Source: Chloroflexota bacterium (lineage in GTDB: Bacteria > Chloroflexota > Anaerolineae > DUEN01). From it: DNA of 64,000 bases. Where the stretch lies: NCBI GenBank assembly GCA_013152435.1, contig JAADGJ010000059.1, positions 24,558 to 88,557 of the forward strand. Direction: 5' to 3'. Of the stretch, positions 16,836 to 26,371 are shown piece after piece (within the stretch, counting starts at the first letter, position 1; every line of letters starts with the position of its first letter). A program made the translations under genes and the position numbers. The notes beneath the pieces are model-generated. The model was given only the letters and a program-made list of their open reading frames with translations, was not told the origin of the DNA and did not search any database.

Positions 16836-17675
16836 ATGAAGCTCATGATGTTTTCCAAGCATCTGCAATCCATGTCCGTCGCCGAGGCGGGACGGGTGAT
16901 TCGGGACCTGGGCTTCGAGGGGGTGGACCTGACGGTGCGGCCGGGCGGACATGTGCTGCCCGAGAACGTGCGGGCCGATCTGCCCACGGCCGTGCAGACG
17001 CTGGCCGATCTGGGGCTTCAGGTGCCGCTGATCACGACGGCCGTCACGGCGGCGGACGAGCCGTACGCCGTCGATATCTTCGAGACGGCGGCCGAGGCCG
17101 GCGTGCCCGAGATCAAGCTGGGATACTGGCGCTATGAGAGCTTCGGCACCTTCCGCCGGGCGATGGACGAGGTGGCCCACCGGCTGGATGGCATCGAGGA
17201 GCTGGCCCGACGCACCGGCGTGCGGGCCAACATCCACACGCACTCCGGCGACTACATGTCGGCCAGTCCTTTCATCATCTGGCACTGGATCAGGGACCGG
17301 GATCCGGCCGCCATCGGCGCTTACGTGGACGCGGGGCATATCGTCGTGGAGGGCGGTGTGTCCACATGGAAGATGGCCCTTGACCTGCTGCGCGATCGGA
17401 TCACGTTGCTGGCGGTGAAGGACATGGAGTGGCGGCAGGTGGACGATCCTGTCCTGGGGAAGAGGCGGTGGGTCACGAGGTTGGTGCCGCTGAACCGGGG
17501 CGTGGTGCCGTGGCCCGAGCTGTTCGCCTGCCTGCGAGAGATCGGCTTCGATGGCTGGATCTCGGTGCATAGCGAATATCAGGGCGGCCATTCCTGGCGG
17601 AGCCTGACCGTAGAGGAGCTCATCGAACAGACGCGAGAGGATTTGGCGTATCTGCGCTGGGCGATGGGCGGATAG
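16836..17675 (+). CDS. sugar phosphate isomerase/epimerase (xylose isomerase-like TIM barrel)
   Basis: ATG preceded by GGAGG. FEGVDL, ANIHTHSGDY and AYVDAGH motifs. Confidence 0.75.
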   Translation: MKLMMFSKHLQSMSVAEAGRVIRDLGFEGVDLTVRPGGHVLPENVRADLPTAVQTLADLGLQVPLITTAVTAADEPYAVDIFETAAEAGVPEIKLGYWRYESFGTFRRAMDEVAHRLDGIEELARRTGVRANIHTHSGDYMSASPFIIWHWIRDRDPAAIGAYVDAGHIVVEGGVSTWKMALDLLRDRITLLAVKDMEWRQVDDPVLGKRRWVTRLVPLNRGVVPWPELFACLREIGFDGWISVHSEYQGGHSWRSLTVEELIEQTREDLAYLRWAMGG

Positions 17676-17798
17676 GGGGCGACTTCTGGTCCGATTCCTG
17701 TGGCATCCAGTCCCGGGCGTGTCGCTTACATGGATGCCCGTGAGGGCGGAGGGCCCAGCCCCTGCTGGCTTGGATGTACGACCGATTCCCAAAGGTTC

Positions 17799-17827
17799 TT
17801 GTCAAGGGATATCGATACGTGTATACT
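17799..17827 (+). promoter_or_regulatory. sigma70-type promoter TTGTCA-17-TATACT upstream of obg
   Basis: Exact 17-nt spacer, about 52 nt upstream of the obg TTG start. Confidence 0.4.
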
Positions 17828-17879
17828 GGCCCGCGATCGTGACTGTATTGTGATGGAGATATCCGGGTGAGGCGGGGCA

Positions 17880-19154
17880 TTGTTCTTTGACGAGGCGCGT
17901 ATCTACGTGAAGGGTGGAGACGGCGGAAACGGCTGCGTGTCGTTCCGCCGTGAAAAATATGTGCCGCTGGGCGGGCCCAATGGTGGCAATGGCGGGCGCG
18001 GCGGGAACGTCTACCTGGTGGTCGATCCCTCCCTGAACACGTTGGTCCATTTCCGGAGGAAGATCCACTTCAAGGCGGAGAAGGGGGGGAACGGGCGCGG
18101 CAAAGAGCAACATGGCCGTAAAGGGGCCGACTTGTTCGTCCCGGTGCCGCCTGGGACGGTCGTCTATGACGATGAGACTGGGGAGCTGCTGGCGGATCTG
18201 GTAGAGCCCGGCCAGAAGGCGTTGGTCGCCCGCGGCGGCCGGGGCGGGCGTGGCAACGCGGCCTTTAAGAGCCCCACGAACCAGGCCCCGCGCATCGCGG
18301 AGCGGGGTGAGCCGGGGGAGGAGCGGTGGCTGCGCCTGGAGCTCAAGCTCATCGCCGACGTGGGTCTCATTGGGGTGCCCAACGCCGGAAAGTCCACGTT
18401 GCTGGCTCGCGTGACGGCGGCCAAGCCTAAGATCGCCGATTACCCCTTCACGACGTTGCAGCCCAACCTGGGCGTCGTCCAGATCGATCATCGCGACTTC
18501 GTGATGGCCGATATCCCAGGGCTCATCGAGGGAGCGCACAGCGGCGCGGGGCTGGGAGATCAGTTCCTGCGTCATGTCGAGCGCTGTCGAGTGTTGATCC
18601 ACCTCCTGAACGGCCTCAGCCCGGATCCCGTCGGCGATTGGGAGGCCATCAACCAGGAGCTGGAGCTCTTCAATCCTCGTTTGGCGGCGAAACCCCAGAT
18701 CGTGGCCTTCAATAAGATGGACCTGCCGGAGGTGCGGGAGCGCTGGCCCGAGGTCCGTCAGGCGTTGTTGGACCGGGGCGTCGAGGACCCGATGGCCATC
18801 TCCGCCGCCACCGGTGAGGGCGTCCCCGCCCTGCTGCAGCGCGTCCTGAGTCTGCTCGATCGCCTGCCTAAGGAGCCGGAGGCCGTCGCCGAGGAGCTTC
18901 GGGTGTTCCGGCCGGAGCCGGACGAGGCGGAGTTCACCATCGAGCGAGACGGGGACGTCTGGCGGGTCAAGGGCAAACGGGTCGAGCGCGCCGCTGCCAT
19001 GACGAATTGGGAATATTACGAGGCCGTGCAACGGTTCCAGCGCATTCTGGAGGCGATGGGGGTGACCCAGGCGCTGGAGGAGGCGGGAGTGCAGGACGGC
19101 GATACGGTGATCATCGGTGATACAGAGCTGGTGTGGGGCGACCAGGAGGCATGA
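17880..19154 (+). CDS. obg: GTPase Obg
   Basis: Glycine-rich Obg fold ([28 protein letters not shown]). G1 [13 protein letters not shown]3 DIPGLIEGA and G4 NKMD motifs. TTG start with GAGGCGGGG RBS. Confidence 0.9.
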   Translation: MFFDEARIYVKGGDGGNGCVSFRREKYVPLGGPNGGNGGRGGNVYLVVDPSLNTLVHFRRKIHFKAEKGGNGRGKEQHGRKGADLFVPVPPGTVVYDDETGELLADLVEPGQKALVARGGRGGRGNAAFKSPTNQAPRIAERGEPGEERWLRLELKLIADVGLIGVPNAGKSTLLARVTAAKPKIADYPFTTLQPNLGVVQIDHRDFVMADIPGLIEGAHSGAGLGDQFLRHVERCRVLIHLLNGLSPDPVGDWEAINQELELFNPRLAAKPQIVAFNKMDLPEVRERWPEVRQALLDRGVEDPMAISAATGEGVPALLQRVLSLLDRLPKEPEAVAEELRVFRPEPDEAEFTIERDGDVWRVKGKRVERAAAMTNWEYYEAVQRFQRILEAMGVTQALEEAGVQDGDTVIIGDTELVWGDQEA

Positions 19155-19810
19155 TGCGTATCGGGATTCTGGGGGGGACGTTTGATCCTCCTCATATCGG
19201 ACATCTCATCCTGGCGGAGGAGGCCTGGTCGCAGTTGAATCTGGATCGGGTGCTCCTGGTGCCGGCCGGCGATCCTCCTCACAAGCGGGGACAGCCTCTC
19301 TCCCCCGCGTTCCACCGTGTGCGCATGGTGGAGCTGGCTATTGCGGACAACCCGCATCTGGAGCTTTCCCGGGTCGATGTCGATCGACCGGGCCCGCATT
19401 ACACCATCGACATGGTGCATATCCTGCGTCGGCAGTTCGCGAACGATGAAGTGGAGTTGTTCTTCCTGATGGGGCTGGATTCTCTGGCGGATCTGCCTCA
19501 TTGGCACCGCGCGGCCGATCTGGTCGCCACCTGTCACCTCGTCGCCCTCAGCCGTCCCTATGTCTCCCTGGACTGGGAGCATCTGGAGCGCGCGCTGCCG
19601 GGCATCCGCCAGCGGGTGATCCTGCTGGATATGCCCGAGCTGGAGATCGCCTCGCATATCTTGCAGCAGCGTGTGCGGCAGGGGCGTCCGATCCGCTATC
19701 AAGTGGTGCCGGCGGTGGAGGAATACATCTATCGCCATCACCTGTATCGTCCTTCCCCGGCTCCGACGGCCGCTGCCCCCGAATCCTGTCGGGCCTCGGC
19801 TGGATCTTAG
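19151..19810 (+). CDS. nadD: nicotinate-nucleotide adenylyltransferase
   Basis: [12 protein letters not shown] motif. ATG with AGGAGG RBS; its start overlaps the obg stop. Confidence 0.85.
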   Translation: MMRIGILGGTFDPPHIGHLILAEEAWSQLNLDRVLLVPAGDPPHKRGQPLSPAFHRVRMVELAIADNPHLELSRVDVDRPGPHYTIDMVHILRRQFANDEVELFFLMGLDSLADLPHWHRAADLVATCHLVALSRPYVSLDWEHLERALPGIRQRVILLDMPELEIASHILQQRVRQGRPIRYQVVPAVEEYIYRHHLYRPSPAPTAAAPESCRASAGS

Positions 19811-19825
19811 AGGGGAGCCGTAGCT

Positions 19826-20067
19826 GAGGGTGTGTCTGAGGAATGCCGTCGCTTCTGCTGTGGGGAGCCCCTCCGGAAAAGGTCCTTCTTCTGCCTTCGA
19901 CCTGCCCAGCCTCGGCCTGGGCCCTTCGGGATGGGCCGAGAGAGGCAGGTACAGGCCGGAAAAGTGGGATTTCCGTGAAGGGGGGACCCCTCCGCACCTC
20001 CCCCTGTGGAGCGGGTCGTTGAGGGAGACCCTCCGGCACCTCTTATTGGAAGTTTTCGGACACGCTC
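19826..20067 (+). repeat. family-1 structured intergenic repeat, copy B
   Basis: Aligns with copy A end to end, with TIRs gagggtgtgtctga / tcggacacgctc. It lies between nadD and the M20 peptidase gene. Confidence 0.7.
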
Positions 20068-20228
20068 TGAGCCTAAGCGGTCGTCGGCGCAGGGTCAGAG
20101 ATTATGTCGGGGGAAGGGGGACGATTCGCTCCCCTTTCCCCGGGTAGTGGGGCTTCCATGCCCCACCTGCGGCGGCATGGAAGCCATCGCTGCCGAATGA
20201 TTTGAATCTGGATCGTGTCGAGGAGCTT

Positions 20229-21440
20229 ATGGATCTGTCTTCTGACCAAATCGCTGCGGTTCGCGCCGATGTGGAGCGCGCGGCCGAGTCCATGATCCAT
20301 TTCCTACGGGCGATCTGCGCCATCCCATCCTATGATGGGAAGATCGGCCCCGTCGGGGAGCGTTGCGCGCAGGAGATGCGCAAGCTGGGTTTCGATGAGG
20401 TGCGCTTCGATCGTATGGGGAATATCCTGGGCCGCATCGGGGATGGGCCGCGCGTCCTCCTGTACGATAGTCACATCGATACGGTGGGCATCGGCGATCC
20501 GGACGCGTGGGAGTGGGATCCATTCCAGGGCAAGGTCGAGGATGGCATCCTGTTCGCCCGCGGCGCAAGCGATGAGAAAGGCTCCACGCCGGGCATGATC
20601 TACGGGCTGGCCATCGCACGGGATCGTGGGTTGCTTCAGGGCTGGACGGTGTACTACTTCGGCAACATGGAGGAGTGGTGTGATGGGATCGCCCCCAACG
20701 CCCTGGTGGAGGTGGAGGGCATTCGCCCCGACTACGTGGTGATCGGCGAGCCGACGAACATGCGGGTGTACCGGGGGCACAAGGGGCGGGTCGAGATGAA
20801 GGTGGTGGCCAAGGGACGCAGCGCGCACGCGGCCTCCAACCATCTGGGGGACAACGCCATCTACAAGATGCTGCCGGTCATTGAGGCCATCCGGGACATG
20901 GAGCCATCCCTGGGAGATGATCCGTTCCTGGGGCATGGCAAGATCACCGTCACCGACATGCGCGTGCGCACGCCATCCATCAACGCCGTCCCTGACGAAT
21001 GCACGATCTTCATCGATCGACGCCTGACCCTGGGGGAGAGTAAGGAGGCCGCGCTGGATCAGGTGCGTCGGCATATCCCCCCCGGCTCCGAGATCACCGT
21101 GGAGATCCTACAATACGCCGAGCCCTCGTACACGGGGTTCGTCTTTCCGGTGGAGAAGTACTTCCCCGCCTGGGTGTTGGAGGATGATCATCCACTGGTG
21201 CGAGCGGGCCAGGTGGTGCGTCGGGCCATCGGATTGCCGGACGCGCCGGCGGGCAAGTGGGATTTCAGCACGAACGGGATCTATTGGATGGGGAAGGCGG
21301 GCATCCCCAGCATCGGGTTCGGCCCCGGCAATGAGGTTCACGCACATACTGTCTTGGATCAGGTCCCCCTGGCCGACGTGGTTCAGTCGGCCGCTTTCTA
21401 CGCGCTGTTGCCCGCCGCGTTAGGGGATGTTGCCTCCTGA
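20229..21440 (+). CDS. M20-family metallopeptidase / amidohydrolase (ArgE/DapE/YgeY-like)
   Basis: Metal-ligand contexts LYDSHIDTV, GASDEKGS, GEPT and GHKG. ATG at 20229 is preferred; a TTG at 20202 is in frame. Confidence 0.8.
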   Translation: MDLSSDQIAAVRADVERAAESMIHFLRAICAIPSYDGKIGPVGERCAQEMRKLGFDEVRFDRMGNILGRIGDGPRVLLYDSHIDTVGIGDPDAWEWDPFQGKVEDGILFARGASDEKGSTPGMIYGLAIARDRGLLQGWTVYYFGNMEEWCDGIAPNALVEVEGIRPDYVVIGEPTNMRVYRGHKGRVEMKVVAKGRSAHAASNHLGDNAIYKMLPVIEAIRDMEPSLGDDPFLGHGKITVTDMRVRTPSINAVPDECTIFIDRRLTLGESKEAALDQVRRHIPPGSEITVEILQYAEPSYTGFVFPVEKYFPAWVLEDDHPLVRAGQVVRRAIGLPDAPAGKWDFSTNGIYWMGKAGIPSIGFGPGNEVHAHTVLDQVPLADVVQSAAFYALLPAALGDVAS

Positions 21441-21498
21441 TGGCGGGCGACCTGTATCGCGCCGGATCCGATAGGCTCCCTCGTCAAAGGAGACGAAA

Positions 21499-22464
21499 GT
21501 GAGCGTTTCCCGAGTATCGAATGGACGTAAGATCGCCGTAGTCGCCGTGGGGGGCAACTCCCTCATCAAAGACCCCGCGCATCCCGAGGTTCCCCACCAG
21601 TGGGATGCGGTTCGGGAGACCTGCACCCATGTGGCGGAGATGGTGGAGCAGGGATGGGATCTGGCCATCACCCACGGGAACGGGCCGCAGGTGGGCTTCA
21701 TCCTGCGCCGGAACGAGTTGGCCGCTCATGAGGTGCATCAGACCCCCATGGACCTCATCAACGCCGATACCCAGGGTTCCATCGGCTACATGCTTCAGCA
21801 GGCGTTGAGCAACGAGATGCATCGCCGGGGGATCCGCAAGCAGGCGGTGACCGTGATCACCCAGACCCTGGTCGATGCCCAAGACCCCGCCTTTCGGCAT
21901 CCCACCAAGCCCATCGGCGCCTTCCTGGATGAGGCGCAGGCACGCGCGCTGGAGGCGGAGGGTTGGTCGGTGATCGAGGACGCGGGGCGCGGCTGGCGAC
22001 GCGTGGTGGCCTCGCCGAAGCCTCGACAGATCCTCGAGTTGGAGATCGTCACCCGTCTTCTGAAGGATGGTTACATCGTGATCGCGGTGGGGGGCGGGGG
22101 GATCCCCGTGGTGCGCAACCGGAAGGGAGAGCTGCGCGGTGTGATGGCCGTGGTGGATAAGGACCTGGCCACGGCGCTGTTGGCCATCGGCCTGCGGGCC
22201 GACCTCTTCCTGATCTCCACGGCGGTGGAGAAGGTGGCGCTGAATTATCGTCAACCTGACCAGGTGGACCTGGATCGCATGACGCTCTCGGAGGCGAAGC
22301 GATATCTGGCCGAGGGACACTTCGCCCCGGGCAGCATGCGCCCCAAGATCGAGGCCGTGATCCACTATCTGGAGGCGGGCGGACCGCGTGCCATCATCAC
22401 GAATCCGGAGAACATCGCCCGGGCCCTGCAAGGGGAGACGGGCACCCACATCGTGCCGGATTGA
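21499..22464 (+). CDS. arcC: carbamate kinase
   Basis: KIAVVAVGGNSL and the hallmark THGNGPQVG. GTG start with AAAGGAG RBS. Confidence 0.85.
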   Translation: MSVSRVSNGRKIAVVAVGGNSLIKDPAHPEVPHQWDAVRETCTHVAEMVEQGWDLAITHGNGPQVGFILRRNELAAHEVHQTPMDLINADTQGSIGYMLQQALSNEMHRRGIRKQAVTVITQTLVDAQDPAFRHPTKPIGAFLDEAQARALEAEGWSVIEDAGRGWRRVVASPKPRQILELEIVTRLLKDGYIVIAVGGGGIPVVRNRKGELRGVMAVVDKDLATALLAIGLRADLFLISTAVEKVALNYRQPDQVDLDRMTLSEAKRYLAEGHFAPGSMRPKIEAVIHYLEAGGPRAIITNPENIARALQGETGTHIVPD

Positions 22465-22471
22465 GACGCTC

Positions 22472-23728
22472 ATGGAGGGAGGCGTGGATCACCTGACGGG
22501 CTGGCGATGCAGCCTCTGCGGGACGGAGTACGCGCCGGAGGAGGTGACGTACACCTGCCCGGCCTGTGGCGACGCGGGGATCCTGGACGCCCTGTATGAT
22601 TACGTCGCGATCGCCCGGGAGATCACCCCGGGCGCGATCCGGACCCAGGGCGGCGCCGATCATTGGCGTTATCGCCCCCTGCTGCCGCTGCCCGATGGAG
22701 CGCCGCTTCCGCCGCTTCAGGTGGGGTGGACTCCCCTGTATCCGGCGCCCCGTCTGGCGCGAGAGGTGGGGGTCCGCGCCCTGTGGGTGAAGGACGACGG
22801 GCGTAACCCCACGGGCTCGCTGAAGGATCGGGCCAGTGCGCTGGTTCTGGCCATTGCGGCGGGGCGCGGCGAGGCCATCGTCACGACGGCTTCCACGGGC
22901 AACGCGGCCGCGGCCCTGGCCGGCTTGGCCGCCTCCACCGGCCAGCGGGCGGTCATCTTCGTGCCGGCGGCCGCACCGCCGGCCAAGATCGCCCAGCTGA
23001 TGGCGTATGAGGCTCGCGTGTTGCTGGTCCGCGGGAACTACGACGCGGCGTACGATCTGTGCCTGGAGGCCGCCCGGGCCTTCGGCTGGTATTGCCGCAA
23101 CACGGCCTACAATCCCTACACGGCGGAGGGGAAGAAGACGGTGGCCTTCGAGGTCGCTGAGCAGCTTGGCTGGCGCGCCCCTGAGTGGATCGTGGTGCCT
23201 GTGGGGGATGGGAATATCATCACCGGGGTGCATCGGGGCCTCCAGGACCTGATGGCCCTGGGCTGGATCGACCGGATGCCTCGCTTGCTGGCGGTGCAGG
23301 CGGAGGGCTCAGCGGCCGTGTGTCGTGCGTGGGCGGCCGGGCGAGATCGAGTCGAACCGGTCCGGGCTCACACGGTGGCGGACTCCATCGCGGCCGATCT
23401 CCCCCGGGATGGTGTGCGGGCCCTGCGCGCCGTACGCCAGACGGATGGCGCCTGTGTGGCGGTGTCTGACGACGAGATCCTGGCCGCTATCCCGGCCATC
23501 GCGCGGGGGAGCGGCGTGTTCGCCGAGCCGGCGGCCGCCGCGGGGTACGCGGGGCTGCGGCGGGCCGTGGTGGAGGGCATCGTGGACCCCTCGGCCGAGG
23601 TGGTGCTCCTCGTCACGGGGAACGGGCTGAAGGATATCGCCAGCGTGCGCCGATCCGTGTCCGAACCGGCCTCGATTGAGCCGCGCCTGGCGGCCGTCGA
23701 GGAGGCAGTGAGAGACCTCATCAGCTGA
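22472..23728 (+). CDS. threonine synthase-like fold-type II PLP enzyme with N-terminal Cys4 zinc ribbon
   Basis: CSLCGTEY..CPACG ribbon, PLP-lysine context NPTGSLKDRAS and a glycine loop. ATG lies 8 nt after the carbamate kinase stop. Confidence 0.7.
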   Translation: MEGGVDHLTGWRCSLCGTEYAPEEVTYTCPACGDAGILDALYDYVAIAREITPGAIRTQGGADHWRYRPLLPLPDGAPLPPLQVGWTPLYPAPRLAREVGVRALWVKDDGRNPTGSLKDRASALVLAIAAGRGEAIVTTASTGNAAAALAGLAASTGQRAVIFVPAAAPPAKIAQLMAYEARVLLVRGNYDAAYDLCLEAARAFGWYCRNTAYNPYTAEGKKTVAFEVAEQLGWRAPEWIVVPVGDGNIITGVHRGLQDLMALGWIDRMPRLLAVQAEGSAAVCRAWAAGRDRVEPVRAHTVADSIAADLPRDGVRALRAVRQTDGACVAVSDDEILAAIPAIARGSGVFAEPAAAAGYAGLRRAVVEGIVDPSAEVVLLVTGNGLKDIASVRRSVSEPASIEPRLAAVEEAVRDLIS

Positions 23729-23858
23729 GAGAGCGCCCGGATGGCCAGAACACAAGGAGTAGCGGGAGTGAGTTCTGTGCCTCCGGGGCTGAGCGTGGGA
23801 GCTCAGCTCGCTGTTGGAGAATGGTCGGCTCATGAGATGAACCTTATCTTTTATCGGG

Positions 23859-25286
23859 GTGGATGAACCCATGTTGGAGAACATCAACGTCAAGAATCTG
23901 GTCCTCGGGCCTACGTTCGAGGAGATGCTGCATCCGGAGCGCATCGATCCCGAGGTGCGTCGGCGGGCGTTGCGGGCCATGACGGCCGATCCGCTGGATC
24001 CCATCAACCTCTACAACATCACCTGGCGGGATCCCGATGGTCGCATCCGCTATGAGGTGTTGCCCCAGGAGTTGACGGGCGTCGCGGCCCCCATCGTGGT
24101 CCTGTATGGGAAGGATTTCCCCACCGGCTCCCACAAGGTGGGGGCGGCGTACTCCGTCCTGGTGGAGAAGGAGCTCTACGGCGAAGTTGATCCCTCCGTC
24201 CACAAGCTGGTCTGGCCGAGCACTGGCAACTACGGCATCGGCGGCGCGTGGGTGGGGTGCCGTATGGGCTTTGACAGCATCGTGGTGCTGCCCGAGGGGA
24301 TGAGCCAGGAGCGCTTCGAGATCATCGAATCCTACGGCGCCCGGGTGATCCGAACCCCAGGGTCGGAGTCCAACGTGAAGGAGATCTACGACAAGACCTG
24401 GGAGCTGCGGCGGGCCGATCCCGATGTGCGCGTCCTGAACCAGTTCGAGGTGATGGGCAACTATCGGTTCCATTATTACGTCACCGGAAACACGATCGTG
24501 GAGCTGGCTGACGTGCTGCGCGAGCAGGGGATCGGCCGGGGCGAGATCACGGCCTTCGTCTCGGCGATGGGATCCGCGGGCACCATCGCGGCCGGGGATC
24601 GGCTGAAGCAGGTCTGGCCGGAGCATAAGATCGTCGGGTTAGAGCCCATCCAGTGCCCCACGTTGTATCAGAACGGCTACGGCACGCACGATATCCAGGG
24701 GATCGGCGATAAGCATGTGACCTGGATCCACAACGTGTGGAACATGGATGCCCTCATGTGTATCGACGATCTCGAGTGCAAGATGGGGCTGCAGCTGCTC
24801 ACGGAGGAGGCCGGCTGGCGCACCATGGTCGATCGATACGGCGTGCCCGAGGAGAAGGTGCGCAAGATGGCCACCATCTTCGGGATCTCCGGGGTGTGCA
24901 ACGTCCTGGGGGCCATCAAGACGGCGAAGTTCTACGGCCTGTCCGGGGACGACGTGATCGTCACCATCTGTACGGACGCCATCGACCGGTATCGCAGCGT
25001 GATGGCGCAGTTGACGGAGCAATACGGGCCAATGGACGAGACCGAGGCCGCGGTTCGCCTGGTGAGCATCTTCCACAAGCAGAAGCTGGATTGGATCCGG
25101 GAGGCCACACGGGACGAGCGATCCCGGTGGCATAACCTGAAGTACTATACGTGGGTGGAACAGCAGGGCAAGACTGTGGAGGAGCTCGACGCGCAGCGGG
25201 ACCCGGCCTGGTGGCAGGCGGAACAGGCCAAGGTGGCGGAGATCGACGAGCGCATCCGGGAGGCGCGTCGCCTGCAAGGGATGTGA
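23859..25286 (+). CDS. fold-type II PLP-dependent enzyme, cysteine synthase / OrtB-like (475 aa)
   Basis: PLP-lysine context TGSHKVGAAY, STGNYGIGGAW and VVLPEGMSQER. GTG at 23859 or ATG at 23871. Confidence 0.65.
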   Translation: MDEPMLENINVKNLVLGPTFEEMLHPERIDPEVRRRALRAMTADPLDPINLYNITWRDPDGRIRYEVLPQELTGVAAPIVVLYGKDFPTGSHKVGAAYSVLVEKELYGEVDPSVHKLVWPSTGNYGIGGAWVGCRMGFDSIVVLPEGMSQERFEIIESYGARVIRTPGSESNVKEIYDKTWELRRADPDVRVLNQFEVMGNYRFHYYVTGNTIVELADVLREQGIGRGEITAFVSAMGSAGTIAAGDRLKQVWPEHKIVGLEPIQCPTLYQNGYGTHDIQGIGDKHVTWIHNVWNMDALMCIDDLECKMGLQLLTEEAGWRTMVDRYGVPEEKVRKMATIFGISGVCNVLGAIKTAKFYGLSGDDVIVTICTDAIDRYRSVMAQLTEQYGPMDETEAAVRLVSIFHKQKLDWIREATRDERSRWHNLKYYTWVEQQGKTVEELDAQRDPAWWQAEQAKVAEIDERIREARRLQGM

Positions 25287-25324
25287 GGCGGTCGTCACTG
25301 CCCGGGGTGACGTGAGGAGGAGCG

Positions 25325-26299
25325 ATGGCAGAGCTGCCGGAGCGGAATCTGGCGTTGGAGCTGGTGCAGGTCACCGAGGCGGCTGCCCTGGCCGCCGGCC
25401 GGTGGACCGGGCGCGGGGACAAGGAGGCGGTGGAGCGCGCCGCCGTCTATGCCATGTCCCTGGTCCTGCAGCAGATCGAGATGGACGGGATCGTCGTGAT
25501 CGGCCGGGGGGACAAGGCGGATACGCCCCGGTTGTACCATGGGGAGCGCCTGGGGATCGCCTCGGCTCCCAAGCTGGACATCGTCGTCGAGCCGGTGGAT
25601 GGCATCCGGCTCACGGCCGAGGGATGGCCCGGCGCCGTCTCCGCGGCGGCCATGGCCGAGCGGGGAACGCTGTTCGTGCCCGGCCCGCTGCGATATATGG
25701 AGAAGCTCGCCGTCGGCCCTGAGGCGAAGGATGTGGTGGATCTCGAGGCGCCCGTGGCCGAGACGCTGCAGCGCATCGCGCAGGCGAAACAGCGCGATGT
25801 GGGCGACCTGACCGTGATGGTGTTGGATCGACCACGGCACATTGCGCTCATTGAGGAGATCCGGGCGGCCGGGGCTCGTATCCGGCTGATCCGCGATGGC
25901 GACGTGGCCGCGGCCGTCTACACCGCTCTGCCGGAGAGCGGCATCGATGTGCTCATGGGGATCGGCGGCGCGGGGGAGGCCGTGCTCGGCGCCTGCGCGC
26001 TCAAATGTCTGGGCGGGGAGATCCTGTGTCGCCCTTACATCCGCAACCCGGAGGAGGCGGAATATCTGTCTCAGCTGCAGATCGCCGAGGATCAGGTCCT
26101 CTCGTCGGATGATCTCGTCAAAGGCGAGGATATCTTCTTCGCCATCACGGGCGTCACCGATGGCGAGGTGTTGCAGGGCGTGAAGTACTTCGGAAGGCAC
26201 GCCAGGACGCATAGCATCGTCACTCGTTCGAGGACGGGTACCCTGCGAGTGATTCGCACCACGTACCGTTGGGACAGGGTCATGCAGATCCTGCGGTGA
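25325..26299 (+). CDS. glpX: class II fructose-1,6-bisphosphatase / sedoheptulose bisphosphatase
   Basis: GlpX-type N-terminus (LELVQVTEAAALAAGRWTGRGDKEAVERAAV) and LIRDGDVA motif. Confidence 0.85.
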   Translation: MAELPERNLALELVQVTEAAALAAGRWTGRGDKEAVERAAVYAMSLVLQQIEMDGIVVIGRGDKADTPRLYHGERLGIASAPKLDIVVEPVDGIRLTAEGWPGAVSAAAMAERGTLFVPGPLRYMEKLAVGPEAKDVVDLEAPVAETLQRIAQAKQRDVGDLTVMVLDRPRHIALIEEIRAAGARIRLIRDGDVAAAVYTALPESGIDVLMGIGGAGEAVLGACALKCLGGEILCRPYIRNPEEAEYLSQLQIAEDQVLSSDDLVKGEDIFFAITGVTDGEVLQGVKYFGRHARTHSIVTRSRTGTLRVIRTTYRWDRVMQILR

Positions 26300-26322
26300 G
26301 GTTTTTTCTCTGGCGCACGATG

Positions 26323-26356
26323 AAAGGAGGGCAGATTTCCCTATCTGCCCTCCTTT
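26323..26356. terminator. 14-bp perfect hairpin (AAAGGAGGGCAGAT / ATCTGCCCTCCTTT) between convergent glpX and the minus-strand operon
   Basis: Seen directly in the sequence. The T-run precedes rather than follows the stem on the plus strand. Confidence 0.5.
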
Positions 26357-26371
26357 GGCTTTGATGATGCA

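Noticed and set aside
17802-19031. 409-aa ORF antisense to obg, and many similar long antisense ORFs (for example 5264-6190, 22397-23233, 20304-21074, 15835-16680, 4002-4745)
   Set aside because: High GC content suppresses stop codons on the antisense strand. The products are low-complexity and Arg/Pro-rich, and each lies opposite a gene with clear family motifs.
26301-26322. T-run GGTTTTTTCTC as the U-tract of a glpX terminator
   Set aside because: It lies upstream of the hairpin on the plus strand and becomes an A-run for the minus-strand gene. The hairpin is reported, but a canonical intrinsic terminator is not asserted.
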